Assembly (NCBI GenBank): GCA_964291495.2 | Contig: OZ219871.1 | Span: 1,152,001-1,216,000, forward strand | DNA: 64,000 nt | From: Dehalococcoidia bacterium | Lineage (GTDB): Bacteria; Chloroflexota; Dehalococcoidia; UBA2979 | Direction of reading: 5' to 3' | In this document: piece by piece, positions 9,718-19,749 of the stretch | Layout of the letters: the number at the start of each line of letters is the position of its first letter | Numbering within the stretch: position 1 is the stretch's first letter | The notes under the pieces: model-generated | Seen by the model: the letters and a program-made list of their open reading frames with translations, nothing else | The model's database searches: none | Told to the model about the DNA's origin: nothing | Translations under genes and position numbers: made by a program

Positions 9718-10452
9718 ATGAGCAAGCTCCGCGACCGCATCCGCCGCACCTTCCAGCGCCGCCCCGGCCCGCTCGGCTTCGCGCCGCGCAGCCGCCAGGC
9801 CGACGAGCACCGCTACGTGATCGTGATCGCCGAGGTCGCGGACGCCGCCGCCGCCACGGCCGCTGCCGACGCAGGCGCCGACGCGCTGCTACACGCGGGC
9901 GGGCGCGACGGCATCGAGGCCGTCGTCGAGGCCGCGGGCGACCTGCCGGTCGGCGCGCGCCTCGAGGCCGCCACGGGTGGCGACGCCGACGCGCTGATCG
10001 AGGCGGGGGCGGACTTCCTCGTCTTCGACGACGCGCAGACCGAGGCCGCCGCGCTGCTGCGCGACGAGCTCGGCCACGTCGCGCTGCTCGGCGACGCCGA
10101 CGCCTCGGAGGAGGAGCTGCGGCTGCTCCAGCCGCTCGATCTCGACGCGCTGCTCGTACCGCCGAGCGCGGGGGCCCTCAGCGTGCGCGATCAGCTGCGT
10201 ACGCGGCGCATCGCCGAGCTGACCCGCAAGCCGCTGATCGTCGCGGTCGCGGCCAGTGTGTCCACCGAGGAGCTGCGCATCTGGCGAGACGCCGGAGCAC
10301 CCGCCGCCCTCGCCACCGGCGACGCGGGCGACCTCGAGGGCGTCATCGCCGCCGCGCGCGAGGTTCCCGCGCCGCGCGAGCGCCGCGAGGAGCGCCCGGA
10401 CCCGCTGCTACCATCGTCCGCCGCCCCCGCGGACGACTTCGACGACGACTAG
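9718..10452 (+). CDS. hypothetical protein, probable TIM-barrel fold
   Basis: ATG at 9718 after GGAGAG; alternating beta/alpha pattern (EAGADFLVF, DAGAPAAL); host-like codon usage. Confidence 0.7.
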   Translation: MSKLRDRIRRTFQRRPGPLGFAPRSRQADEHRYVIVIAEVADAAAATAAADAGADALLHAGGRDGIEAVVEAAGDLPVGARLEAATGGDADALIEAGADFLVFDDAQTEAAALLRDELGHVALLGDADASEEELRLLQPLDLDALLVPPSAGALSVRDQLRTRRIAELTRKPLIVAVAASVSTEELRIWRDAGAPAALATGDAGDLEGVIAAAREVPAPRERREERPDPLLPSSAAPADDFDDD

Positions 10453-12618
<2,166 letters not shown>

Positions 12619-12642
12619 TCGCCGGCGAGGGCGCTCTCGCGC

Positions 12643-13104
12643 CTACCCGGCGTCGGCGATGGCCTTGACCGCCTCGAGGGCGCCGTCGGGGTGGGCTTCC
12701 ATGTCGCCCTGGTCGTCGATCACCGTGCGCAGCACGCCCTCGGCGTCGAAGACGAAGGTGGCGCGCATCGCCGTCGGCCCCTGATCACGTTCCACCCCGA
12801 AGGTCGCGATCGTGCGGTTCGAGGGCCAGTCCGAGAGCAGCGGGAACTCCGCGCCGATCTCGCGGGCGAACGCGCCCTGGGTCGCCCAGGTGTCGGAGCT
12901 GACGCCCACCACGTGGGCGTTCATGGCCTTCAGCTCGCGGTAGTGCCGCTGAAAGCCCTCCATCTCGCGCGTTCAGCCGCCGGTGAAGGACATCGGGTAG
13001 AAGGCGATGACCGCGATCGCTCCTCGCAGCTGTTCGTCGGTGAAGCGCTCGCGATCGGGGTCGCGCAGCGAGAACTCGGGCATCGAATCGCCTGGCTGCA
13101 GCAT
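12643..13104 (-). CDS. peroxiredoxin (AhpC/TSA, BCP/AhpE-like) with in-frame UGA, probable selenocysteine at codon 44
   Basis: ATG at 13104 after GGAGG; [16 protein letters not shown] stays in frame into the 12643..12963 ORF (VVGVSSD, FPLLSD, RATFVFD). UGA sits at the PxxxTxxC peroxidatic position. Confidence 0.85.
12925..12957 (-). promoter_or_regulatory. candidate bacterial SECIS hairpin
   Basis: mRNA GGCUUUCAGC...GCUGAAGGCC 10-bp stem starting 15 nt after the UGA; alternative inner stem GCGG-CACUA-CCGC. Confidence 0.55.
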
Positions 13105-13138
13105 CGTTCCTCCTGTGTCGCCCGCGAGGGGCGACGGG

Positions 13139-13444
13139 CTAGTGCGAGTCTCCGTCGTGGTCGTCGCCGGCCATCTCGCCCTCGGAGAGGGCTCCGTGGG
13201 GGAGCTGGTAGTCCCAGTGCAGGCCGCGCTGACGGCGGTAGAGGTAGCCGATCGCGGCCAGCACCAGCGTCGCGGCGAGGGCGAGGCCGACCAGCAGCAG
13301 CGCCAGCGCCATGTCGCCGGGTGGGTCGAGCGCGGGATCGGGGTGGTCCGCCGCGGCGAGCGAGGGCAGCAGCGCCGCCAGCACGCCGGCCGCGATTCCA
13401 CCCGCCACGCCGCAACTTCGTCGCGTCAGCCGTGCCACGCCCAC
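13139..13444 (-). CDS. small membrane protein (signal-like N-terminus, one TM, His/Asp-rich tail)
   Basis: Hydrophobic stretches and YLYRRQRG stop-transfer; lies just upstream of the peroxiredoxin on the same strand. Start uncertain. Confidence 0.6.
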   Translation of the reverse strand: MGVARLTRRSCGVAGGIAAGVLAALLPSLAAADHPDPALDPPGDMALALLLVGLALAATLVLAAIGYLYRRQRGLHWDYQLPHGALSEGEMAGDDHDGDSH

Positions 13445-13556
13445 CTCCGACTCAGCCTCCCGCCGGCCCTCGCGAGCGAGGCCGGCGTACGTCTCCGTCC
13501 GTTCGGCAGTCTACCACCGGCTGCCGTTGCGTCAGCGGAGCGGGGTGCGTCCTCGA

Positions 13557-13586
13557 TTGCCGCTGTTGCGGACCCACCCATATACT
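13557..13586 (+). promoter_or_regulatory. putative sigma70 promoter of the rpmH operon
   Basis: TTGCCG-18 nt-TATACT about 100 nt upstream of rpmH. Confidence 0.45.
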
Positions 13587-13687
13587 CCTCGGACACTCAC
13601 TTCGGCGGCCACCAACTTGCCGCACCGCACGATCGACCGTGCGATCGATCTCGCGACCGAGCGCCGCGACACCGGACGGAGTTTCAC

Positions 13688-13825
13688 GTGCCGAAGCGAA
13701 CATGGCAGCCCAAGCGGATCCCGAGGAAGCGAAAACACGGCTTCCGCGCGCGCATGGCGACCCGTGGCGGTCGCCAGGTGCTCAAGCGCCGCCGCGCTCG
13801 CGGCCGCACCCGTCTCGCGGTCTAG
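13688..13825 (+). CDS. rpmH: 50S ribosomal protein L34
   Basis: (M)[44 protein letters not shown], from GTG at 13688. Confidence 0.96.
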   Translation: MPKRTWQPKRIPRKRKHGFRARMATRGGRQVLKRRRARGRTRLAV

Positions 13826-13836
13826 CGCGAGGCCCC

Positions 13837-14244
13837 GTGGGCCGGTCCCGGCCACTCGACGTACAGGCTGCGGCGCCCTCGGCCGCGCGCCCCTGCGAGC
13901 GCCTGCGCCGGCGGCGCGACTTCGAGGCGCTGATGCGCGGACGAACGGGCGCACCCCCGGCGCGGCACCGCCTGCTTACGCTGCGCGCGAGGCCGAACGG
14001 CCTCGAGCAGTGCCGCGTCGGCTTCGCGGTGGGGCGACCGGTGGGCGGCGCCGTGGTGCGCAATCGCGTGAAGCGGCGGCTGCGCGAGATCGTGCGGGCG
14101 CTGCCCCTGGCGCCCGGCCACGACATCGTCATCGCCGCCCGGCCGGCGAGCCGCGAGGCGAGCTTCGAGGAGCTGCGCAACGCCCTCGCGAGCTGCGCGA
14201 GGCGCGCCGGGCTTGCGGGCCATGCCGCGGGCGGAAGGGGCTGA
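13837..14244 (+). CDS. rnpA: ribonuclease P protein component
   Basis: [28 protein letters not shown] motif, directly after rpmH. Start uncertain. Confidence 0.92.
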   Translation: MGRSRPLDVQAAAPSAARPCERLRRRRDFEALMRGRTGAPPARHRLLTLRARPNGLEQCRVGFAVGRPVGGAVVRNRVKRRLREIVRALPLAPGHDIVIAARPASREASFEELRNALASCARRAGLAGHAAGGRG

Positions 14245-14248
14245 GGCC

Positions 14249-14527
14249 GTGCTGAAGCCGTCCAGGCTGCTGCTGCGGCTGATTCGCGGCTACCAGCGGG
14301 CGATCTCGCCGCTGCTGCCGCCCGCCTGCCGCTACGCGCCGACCTGCTCGCAGTACGCCCTCGAGGCGATCGAGGCGCACGGAGCGCTGCGCGGCGTCTG
14401 GCTGGCGCTGAGGCGGCTGAGCCGCTGCCACCCCGGTCGCAAGGGCGGCTACGACCCGGTTCCCGGCCGGGACGGCGACCCTCGCACCGCCCGAACGGAC
14501 CTCCCGAGGGACGCGAAGGCGAGTTGA
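14249..14527 (+). CDS. yidD: membrane protein insertion efficiency factor YidD
   Basis: [23 protein letters not shown]...RCHP...GGYDPVP. Confidence 0.94.
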   Translation: MLKPSRLLLRLIRGYQRAISPLLPPACRYAPTCSQYALEAIEAHGALRGVWLALRRLSRCHPGRKGGYDPVPGRDGDPRTARTDLPRDAKAS

Positions 14528-14539
14528 GACGATAAATCT

Positions 14540-15766
14540 ATGCATAACGAACCTCATGCAAGAGTTTTGAGCAGAATCGCAATCCGAGGCCCTGCAGCCT
14601 CTCCCTCCTCTGCTTATGTTTCACGTGAAACATCCATCGTTCGGCGAGGCCGTTCCAGACCGCTCACTGCGCTCCTCGCGCTGCTCCTCGTGCTGCCGCT
14701 GCTCGTCGCCTGCACGACCGACGTGAACAGCCCCGACGGCTGGGCCGGACCCGTCAGGGCCCGCGAATTCACCATCCTCCAGGAGAAGCCCGGCGAACTC
14801 GTCGCGGTCCGCCTCGGCAGTACCGACAATCCCGGCACCCCCGACACCGACGAGCGCGTCGCCTGGCGCTTCCCGGGCGACGCCGATGTCGACCTCGACG
14901 CCGTCTACGCCGACCCGATCCTCGATGGCAACACGCTCTACGTCGCGGGCTACTCGGGCGAGGTCGTCGCCCTCGACCTCTCGTTCGAGCCGCCGCGCAT
15001 CATCTGGCTGCGCGATCTCGACGAGACCATCATCGCCACGCCCGCATTCGACGGCCAAACGCTCTACATCGGCACCGAGGCGGGCGCGATCGTCCCGATC
15101 ACCGTCGCCAGCGGTGCCGTCGGGGCGCCGATTGCACAAGCAGGAGAGCGGATCTGGTCCGAGGTGCTCCTCGAGGACGGCGCGCTCTACGTCGCGGCCC
15201 TCGACAAGCGCGTACGGGCGATCAGACCCGGCGGCGGCACGATCTGGGCCCAGCCAACGGAGTTGAGCGGCGCCGTGCCCGGCGACACGGCGATCGAGGG
15301 CGGGCTGCTGGTCGTCGGCTCGTTCGATCGCCGGCTGCACGCCCTCGACGCCGATACGGGCGCCGAGGAATGGGCGTTCGACGGCGACGGCTGGTTCTGG
15401 GCGCGCCCCGTGATCGCCGGCGACACCGTCTACGCCGCCTCGACGCGCGGGAGCATCTACGCCCTCAACGCGGGCGGCGGCGACTCCAACCGCGTGCGCT
15501 GGCACTTCAACCAGCTCGACAGCGAGATCCGCGCCGCGCCCGTCCTCGCGCGAGGCGTCCTCGTCGTGGCCGCCGAGGAAGCGACGATCTGGGGCATCGA
15601 TCCCGCCACCGGGGACCTCCGCTGGAGCGCGCCGCTGCCCGGCCACCGTTTCCTCGCCAACCCGCTCGTGCTCGACTCGAGCCTGATTTATGCAACCACA
15701 CGAGGCGATCTCGTCGAGATCGACCCGCAATCCGGCCGCGCCGCGATCCTCTACGAGCGGCGGTGA
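14540..15766 (+). CDS. PQQ-like beta-propeller (BamB-like) lipoprotein
   Basis: Hydrophobic signal ending in lipobox LVAC; repeated propeller blades (LYVAGYSGEVVALD, LHALDADTGAEEW, IDPATGDLRW). Start uncertain (ATG 14540 or TTG 14567). Confidence 0.8.
   Translation: MHNEPHARVLSRIAIRGPAASPSSAYVSRETSIVRRGRSRPLTALLALLLVLPLLVACTTDVNSPDGWAGPVRAREFTILQEKPGELVAVRLGSTDNPGTPDTDERVAWRFPGDADVDLDAVYADPILDGNTLYVAGYSGEVVALDLSFEPPRIIWLRDLDETIIATPAFDGQTLYIGTEAGAIVPITVASGAVGAPIAQAGERIWSEVLLEDGALYVAALDKRVRAIRPGGGTIWAQPTELSGAVPGDTAIEGGLLVVGSFDRRLHALDADTGAEEWAFDGDGWFWARPVIAGDTVYAASTRGSIYALNAGGGDSNRVRWHFNQLDSEIRAAPVLARGVLVVAAEEATIWGIDPATGDLRWSAPLPGHRFLANPLVLDSSLIYATTRGDLVEIDPQSGRAAILYERR
14617..14632. promoter_or_regulatory. 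parS: parS centromere site
   Basis: Perfect consensus palindrome TGTTTCACGTGAAACA, extending to an 18-bp palindrome at 14616-14633, ~4.3 kb upstream of parA. Confidence 0.92.
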
Positions 15767-15800
15767 GGCCAATGATGAGCGGGGAGACGGCGGAGCGACG

Positions 15801-17012
15801 ATGACCGACACCTGGCAGCTGCTGCTGGAGACGCCGCTCGTCAACCTCATGGTGCTGCTCAGCGTCGTCTCGTTCGGCTCCTACGGGGCCGCGATCCTCG
15901 TCTTCACCGTGATCACGCGCGTCGTCACCTTCCCGCTGACCATGCGCACGCTGCGCGCCACGCGTGGACTGCAGGAACTGCAGCCCGATATGCAGGCGAT
16001 CCAGAAGCGCTACTCCGACCCGAAGCGCCGCTCCGAGGAGCAGATGAAGCTCTACCGGCGCAAGACACTGGCTTGCGAGGACGGCGGTGTCGCCGCGGCG
16101 GTCCTCGGATACCCGGTTGAGTGCGATTGGAAGGGTCAGGACACCGACAAGGGCGAGCTGTTCGAGCAATACGCCACGCACCTCGAGCGCATGCACGGCG
16201 TGCGCGTCTCCGACGCCTCCGCGCGGCAACTGAAGCGCGCCCGCAAGGCGATGAGCGGCGGCATCAACCCGATCGGCTGCCTCGGACCGCAGTTGGTCCA
16301 GCTGCCGATCTTCATTGCGCTCTTCTCCGTGATCCGGCTCACGCTCTCGCAGTCGCCCGAGGACATCCTCGAGCTCTCGGACCGGCTCTACGACTACGGA
16401 CCGCTGCAGAACGCGATCCCGCTCGAGACCAGCTTTCTGGGCATGAACCTCTCCGCGAACGGCAGTTTCATCCTGGTCATCGTCATTTTCTGCTCGATGT
16501 GGCTCACGCAGCGCATCTCCTCGTCGCGCGCGGCGGCGCAGGCAGGGAGCCAGCAGGCGCAGACGCAGCAGATGATGCAGTGGATGCTGCCGCTGATGTT
16601 CGGCTGGTTCGCGATGTTCGTGCCGGCCGGCCTCGGCCTCTACTGGGCGGCGAGCACGCTGATCGGCCTGGTGCTGCAGTGGGTCTTCGTCGGGCCGGGC
16701 GACTTCACCTGGGGATCGCTGATCCCCGGCTTCGTGCGGACCCGGATCGGGCTGCCCGCGGAGATCGAGACGCGCACCGAACGCGAACGACGGCTCGAGC
16801 GCGAACAGCGCCGGGCCGCCTCCGGCGACCCGGAGGACGATACGGACGGCGCTGAGCCGCCGGGCGCAGACGGCGCCGGCGGAGACGGGGGAGGACGTGA
16901 TGAGCGTCGAGGAGGTAAGCGGAAGGACGGTCGAAGACGCCGTCGAACGGGCTCTCGCCAGGCTCGGGGTGGCTCGCGATCGCGTCGACGTCGAGGTAAT
17001 CCGCGAGGGTAA
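15801..17012 (+). CDS. yidC: membrane protein insertase YidC (short type without P1 domain) with C1-loop insertion and basic C-tail
   Basis: GAAILVFTVITRVVTFPL, ELQP, QMKLY...GINPIGCLGPQLVQLPIFIALF, PAGLGLYW; ATG at 15801 after GGAG. Confidence 0.93.
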   Translation: MTDTWQLLLETPLVNLMVLLSVVSFGSYGAAILVFTVITRVVTFPLTMRTLRATRGLQELQPDMQAIQKRYSDPKRRSEEQMKLYRRKTLACEDGGVAAAVLGYPVECDWKGQDTDKGELFEQYATHLERMHGVRVSDASARQLKRARKAMSGGINPIGCLGPQLVQLPIFIALFSVIRLTLSQSPEDILELSDRLYDYGPLQNAIPLETSFLGMNLSANGSFILVIVIFCSMWLTQRISSSRAAAQAGSQQAQTQQMMQWMLPLMFGWFAMFVPAGLGLYWAASTLIGLVLQWVFVGPGDFTWGSLIPGFVRTRIGLPAEIETRTERERRLEREQRRAASGDPEDDTDGAEPPGADGAGGDGGGRDERRGGKRKDGRRRRRTGSRQARGGSRSRRRRGNPRG

Positions 17013-18039
17013 GCGCGGCCTGCTCGGCTTCGGCGGCGAGGACGCCATCGTTCGCGTCACCACTAAGGGCGACGCGGCAACGCCGGCCCGCGGACGCCAG
17101 GGCCGGCGCGGCGGCAACGGCGGCGGCGGCCGCGACGACGCCCAGCGCGGCGAGGGTCCGGCCCGCGAGGGCCGCGGCGGCGGCCGGCGAGGACGGCGCG
17201 GCGGCCGCGGGGGACGCGGACGCCGGCGCGGCGGAGACCGCGCTCGCGAGCGCAGCGGCGGCGAGAACCGGGACCGCGACCGTGACCGCGAGCGCATGCC
17301 TTTCGAGGGTGAATTGCCACTCGTGCCGGGCGCGCCGGACGACCTGCCGGCGGCCCCGACCGCCGACGCCGAAGACGAGATCGACTTCGCGGGCAGCACA
17401 CTGCGCGAGGTGCTCACGTTGCTCGGGCTGCTGGACACGCAGATCGAGGCGCGCGAACCGGAGACTCCCGGCGACGGCGTGGGCCGCACCGCCCAGGTCT
17501 TCGAGATCACGGGCGACACGGAAGACGCCTCGGACGAGCTCGGCCTGCTGATCGGCCGTCGCGGCGAGACTCTCGGCGCGCTCCAGTACCTGCTCAACGT
17601 GATCACCCGCCACCACTACGGCGAGGCCAACCACGTCTTCTCCGTCGACGTCGAGGGCTACAAGCGCCGCCGCGAGCGCTCGCTCGTCGAGATGGCGCGC
17701 CGCGTCGCCGCCGAGGTGCGCGACACCGGAGACGTGATCACCCTCGAGCCGATGAAGCCGGCCGAGCGCCGCATCGTGCACCTCACCCTCAGCGAGGAGC
17801 CGGGCGTCACCACGGAGAGCGTCGGCTCCGGCAACGAACGCCAGGTCGAGGTGCTCCCCACCGACTACAACGACTACGAGGATGACTACGACGATTATGA
17901 TGAGGAGGCGCAGTACGACGGCGACGAACCCGTCGCCGAGCTCGACGAGGACGATGCCGATCCCGTCGAGGACTACGACGACGCGGGCGACGAGGACGGC
18001 GAGGCCGACGACGAGGACGGCGAGGGGCCGAACCGGTAG
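16897..18039 (+). CDS. jag: RNA-binding protein Jag/EloR (KhpB): Jag_N, KH and R3H domains
   Basis: GRTVEDAVERAL...GKRGLLGFG, LIGRRGETLGALQYL (KH), EPMKPAERRIVH (R3H). Confidence 0.93.
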   Translation: MMSVEEVSGRTVEDAVERALARLGVARDRVDVEVIREGKRGLLGFGGEDAIVRVTTKGDAATPARGRQGRRGGNGGGGRDDAQRGEGPAREGRGGGRRGRRGGRGGRGRRRGGDRARERSGGENRDRDRDRERMPFEGELPLVPGAPDDLPAAPTADAEDEIDFAGSTLREVLTLLGLLDTQIEAREPETPGDGVGRTAQVFEITGDTEDASDELGLLIGRRGETLGALQYLLNVITRHHYGEANHVFSVDVEGYKRRRERSLVEMARRVAAEVRDTGDVITLEPMKPAERRIVHLTLSEEPGVTTESVGSGNERQVEVLPTDYNDYEDDYDDYDEEAQYDGDEPVAELDEDDADPVEDYDDAGDEDGEADDEDGEGPNR

Positions 18040-18053
18040 GGAGCACGCCAGAC

Positions 18054-18959
18054 GTGCGGCAGCGGCATCCCGGCCAGGGCGCGGCGGACCGCGAGCCCTC
18101 GCGTGCGCCGTCCGTGCTGATCGCGGGCGCCGTCACATGGGATGACTTCGGAGCGGAGCAGCGTCCAGGCGGGGCCGTGCTCTACGCCGCCCGTGCGGCG
18201 GCAGCCCTCGGGCTGCGTGCGCGGATCCTCGCTCTCGCCGGCGCGGACGCCCATCTCGACGCGCTTGAGGGGCATGACGTCACCGTCGGCGAGTCACCTC
18301 GTACACTCAGGTTCGTACATATGTTCTCACCCGAGGCCCCTCCTCGGCGCGAGCTACGCGTCGTCGCCCGGCCGGGGCGCGCACTGAGCGCGTCCGACCT
18401 CCCGGCCGCGCCCGAGGACGACCTCGACCTGCTCGTGCTCGCCCCGCTGCTCCCGGACGACATCGATCTCGGCTCCTTCGCCCGGGTGCGCGCGCGGCGA
18501 CGCGCCCTGCTCGCGCAGGGCCTGCTGCGCGAGGTCGGCGCGGACGGCCTCGTGACCCACGCGAGCGAACCCCCGACCCGACTGCTCGACGCCGTCGATG
18601 GGCGAACCAGCGTCTTCCTCTCCGAGGACGAGATCGTGCGCTGGGACGCGTCGGCGCTCGCCTCGCTCGCCGCCAGTGCCGAGCGCGTCGTCGTCACGCG
18701 CGGCGCGCGCGGCGCCACGATCCTGCGAGGCGGCACGCGCATCGAGACCCCGGCACAGCAAGCAGAATCGGTCGATTCCACCGGCTGCGGCGACGTGTAT
18801 TCGGTTGCGTACATGATCGCGCTCGCCTCGGGAGCGGACGACGCCCAGGCGGCGGCGATCGGCGCGGAGCTCGCCTCGGCGGCCCTCGGGCTGCGGGGCC
18901 CGCAGCCCCTGCCCGCGGTCCGCAGCGACCTCCGCAGCGAAGCGCACGCCGGGGTGTGA
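18054..18959 (+). CDS. PfkB family carbohydrate kinase
   Basis: PGGAVLYAA, VVTRGARGA, VDSTGCGDVY anion-hole motif. GTG at 18114 is an alternative start. Confidence 0.8.
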   Translation: MRQRHPGQGAADREPSRAPSVLIAGAVTWDDFGAEQRPGGAVLYAARAAAALGLRARILALAGADAHLDALEGHDVTVGESPRTLRFVHMFSPEAPPRRELRVVARPGRALSASDLPAAPEDDLDLLVLAPLLPDDIDLGSFARVRARRRALLAQGLLREVGADGLVTHASEPPTRLLDAVDGRTSVFLSEDEIVRWDASALASLAASAERVVVTRGARGATILRGGTRIETPAQQAESVDSTGCGDVYSVAYMIALASGADDAQAAAIGAELASAALGLRGPQPLPAVRSDLRSEAHAGV

Positions 18960-18960
18960 C

Positions 18961-19749
18961 GTGGGCGCCGTGATCGCGGTCGTGAACCAGAAGGGCGGCG
19001 TCGGCAAGACAACCACGGCGATCTCCCTCGGCGCGGCACTCGGCGATCGCGGACTGCGCGTCCTGCTCGTCGACGCCGACCCGCAGGCGAACGCGACCTC
19101 GGCGCTCGGGCAGCCGCGCAACGAGGACGGCGGCCTCTACGACGCGCTCGTCGGCGAGCGCCCGCTCGACGGCTCGCTCGTCGAGACCGGCGCGCGAGGG
19201 CTCTCGCTCGCCCCGGCCACGCTGGACCTCGCAGGCGCCGAGGTGGAGCTGGTGCCGGTCATGGCGCGAGAGTTCCGGATGCGGCGCGCGCTCGCGCCGC
19301 TGCGCGACGGCTTCGACCTGATCCTGATCGACTGTCCGCCCTCGCTGGGCCTGCTGACGGTCAACGCGCTGGCCGCGGCCGACTGGGCGCTCGCGCCGGT
19401 GCAGACGGAGTACCTGGCGCTCGAGGGGCTGCTGCACCTCTCGCAGACGATCAGCCTCGTGCAGCACAACCTCAACCCGGAGCTGCGCGTGCTCGGCATC
19501 GTGCTCACGATGTTCGACGGCCGCACCAACCTCGCCCGCCAGGTCGAGGAGGAGGTGCGAAAGCACTTCGACAGCACCTTCACGTCCGTGATCCCGCGCT
19601 CGGTGCGACTCTCCGAGGCGCCGAGCCACGGGCAGGCGATCGAGCAGTACGACCCCGCCTCGGCCGGCGCCGAGGCCTACCGGCGGCTCGCCGACGAGCT
19701 GATTGAGCGGCTTGCACTCCCCGGGACGGAGGTTTCCGGTGACGACTGA
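18961..19749 (+). CDS. parA: chromosome partitioning ATPase ParA/Soj
   Basis: NQKGGVGKTT, DADPQANAT, IDCPPSLG, IPRSVRLSEAPSHG. Confidence 0.95.
   Translation: MGAVIAVVNQKGGVGKTTTAISLGAALGDRGLRVLLVDADPQANATSALGQPRNEDGGLYDALVGERPLDGSLVETGARGLSLAPATLDLAGAEVELVPVMAREFRMRRALAPLRDGFDLILIDCPPSLGLLTVNALAAADWALAPVQTEYLALEGLLHLSQTISLVQHNLNPELRVLGIVLTMFDGRTNLARQVEEEVRKHFDSTFTSVIPRSVRLSEAPSHGQAIEQYDPASAGAEAYRRLADELIERLALPGTEVSGDD

Noticed and set aside
12643-12963. Peroxiredoxin as two separate genes or a nonsense pseudogene
   Set aside because: The stop is UGA exactly at the catalytic position, both halves are intact and a hairpin follows; Sec recoding is the simpler reading, though unproven.
13445-13687. 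oriC upstream of rpmH
   Set aside because: No dnaA and no TTATCCACA-type boxes found by eye; the region is GC-rich.
16056-16256. YidC insertion as an intein or intron
   Set aside because: Too short, lacks intein terminal motifs, is in frame and shows no intron-like ends.
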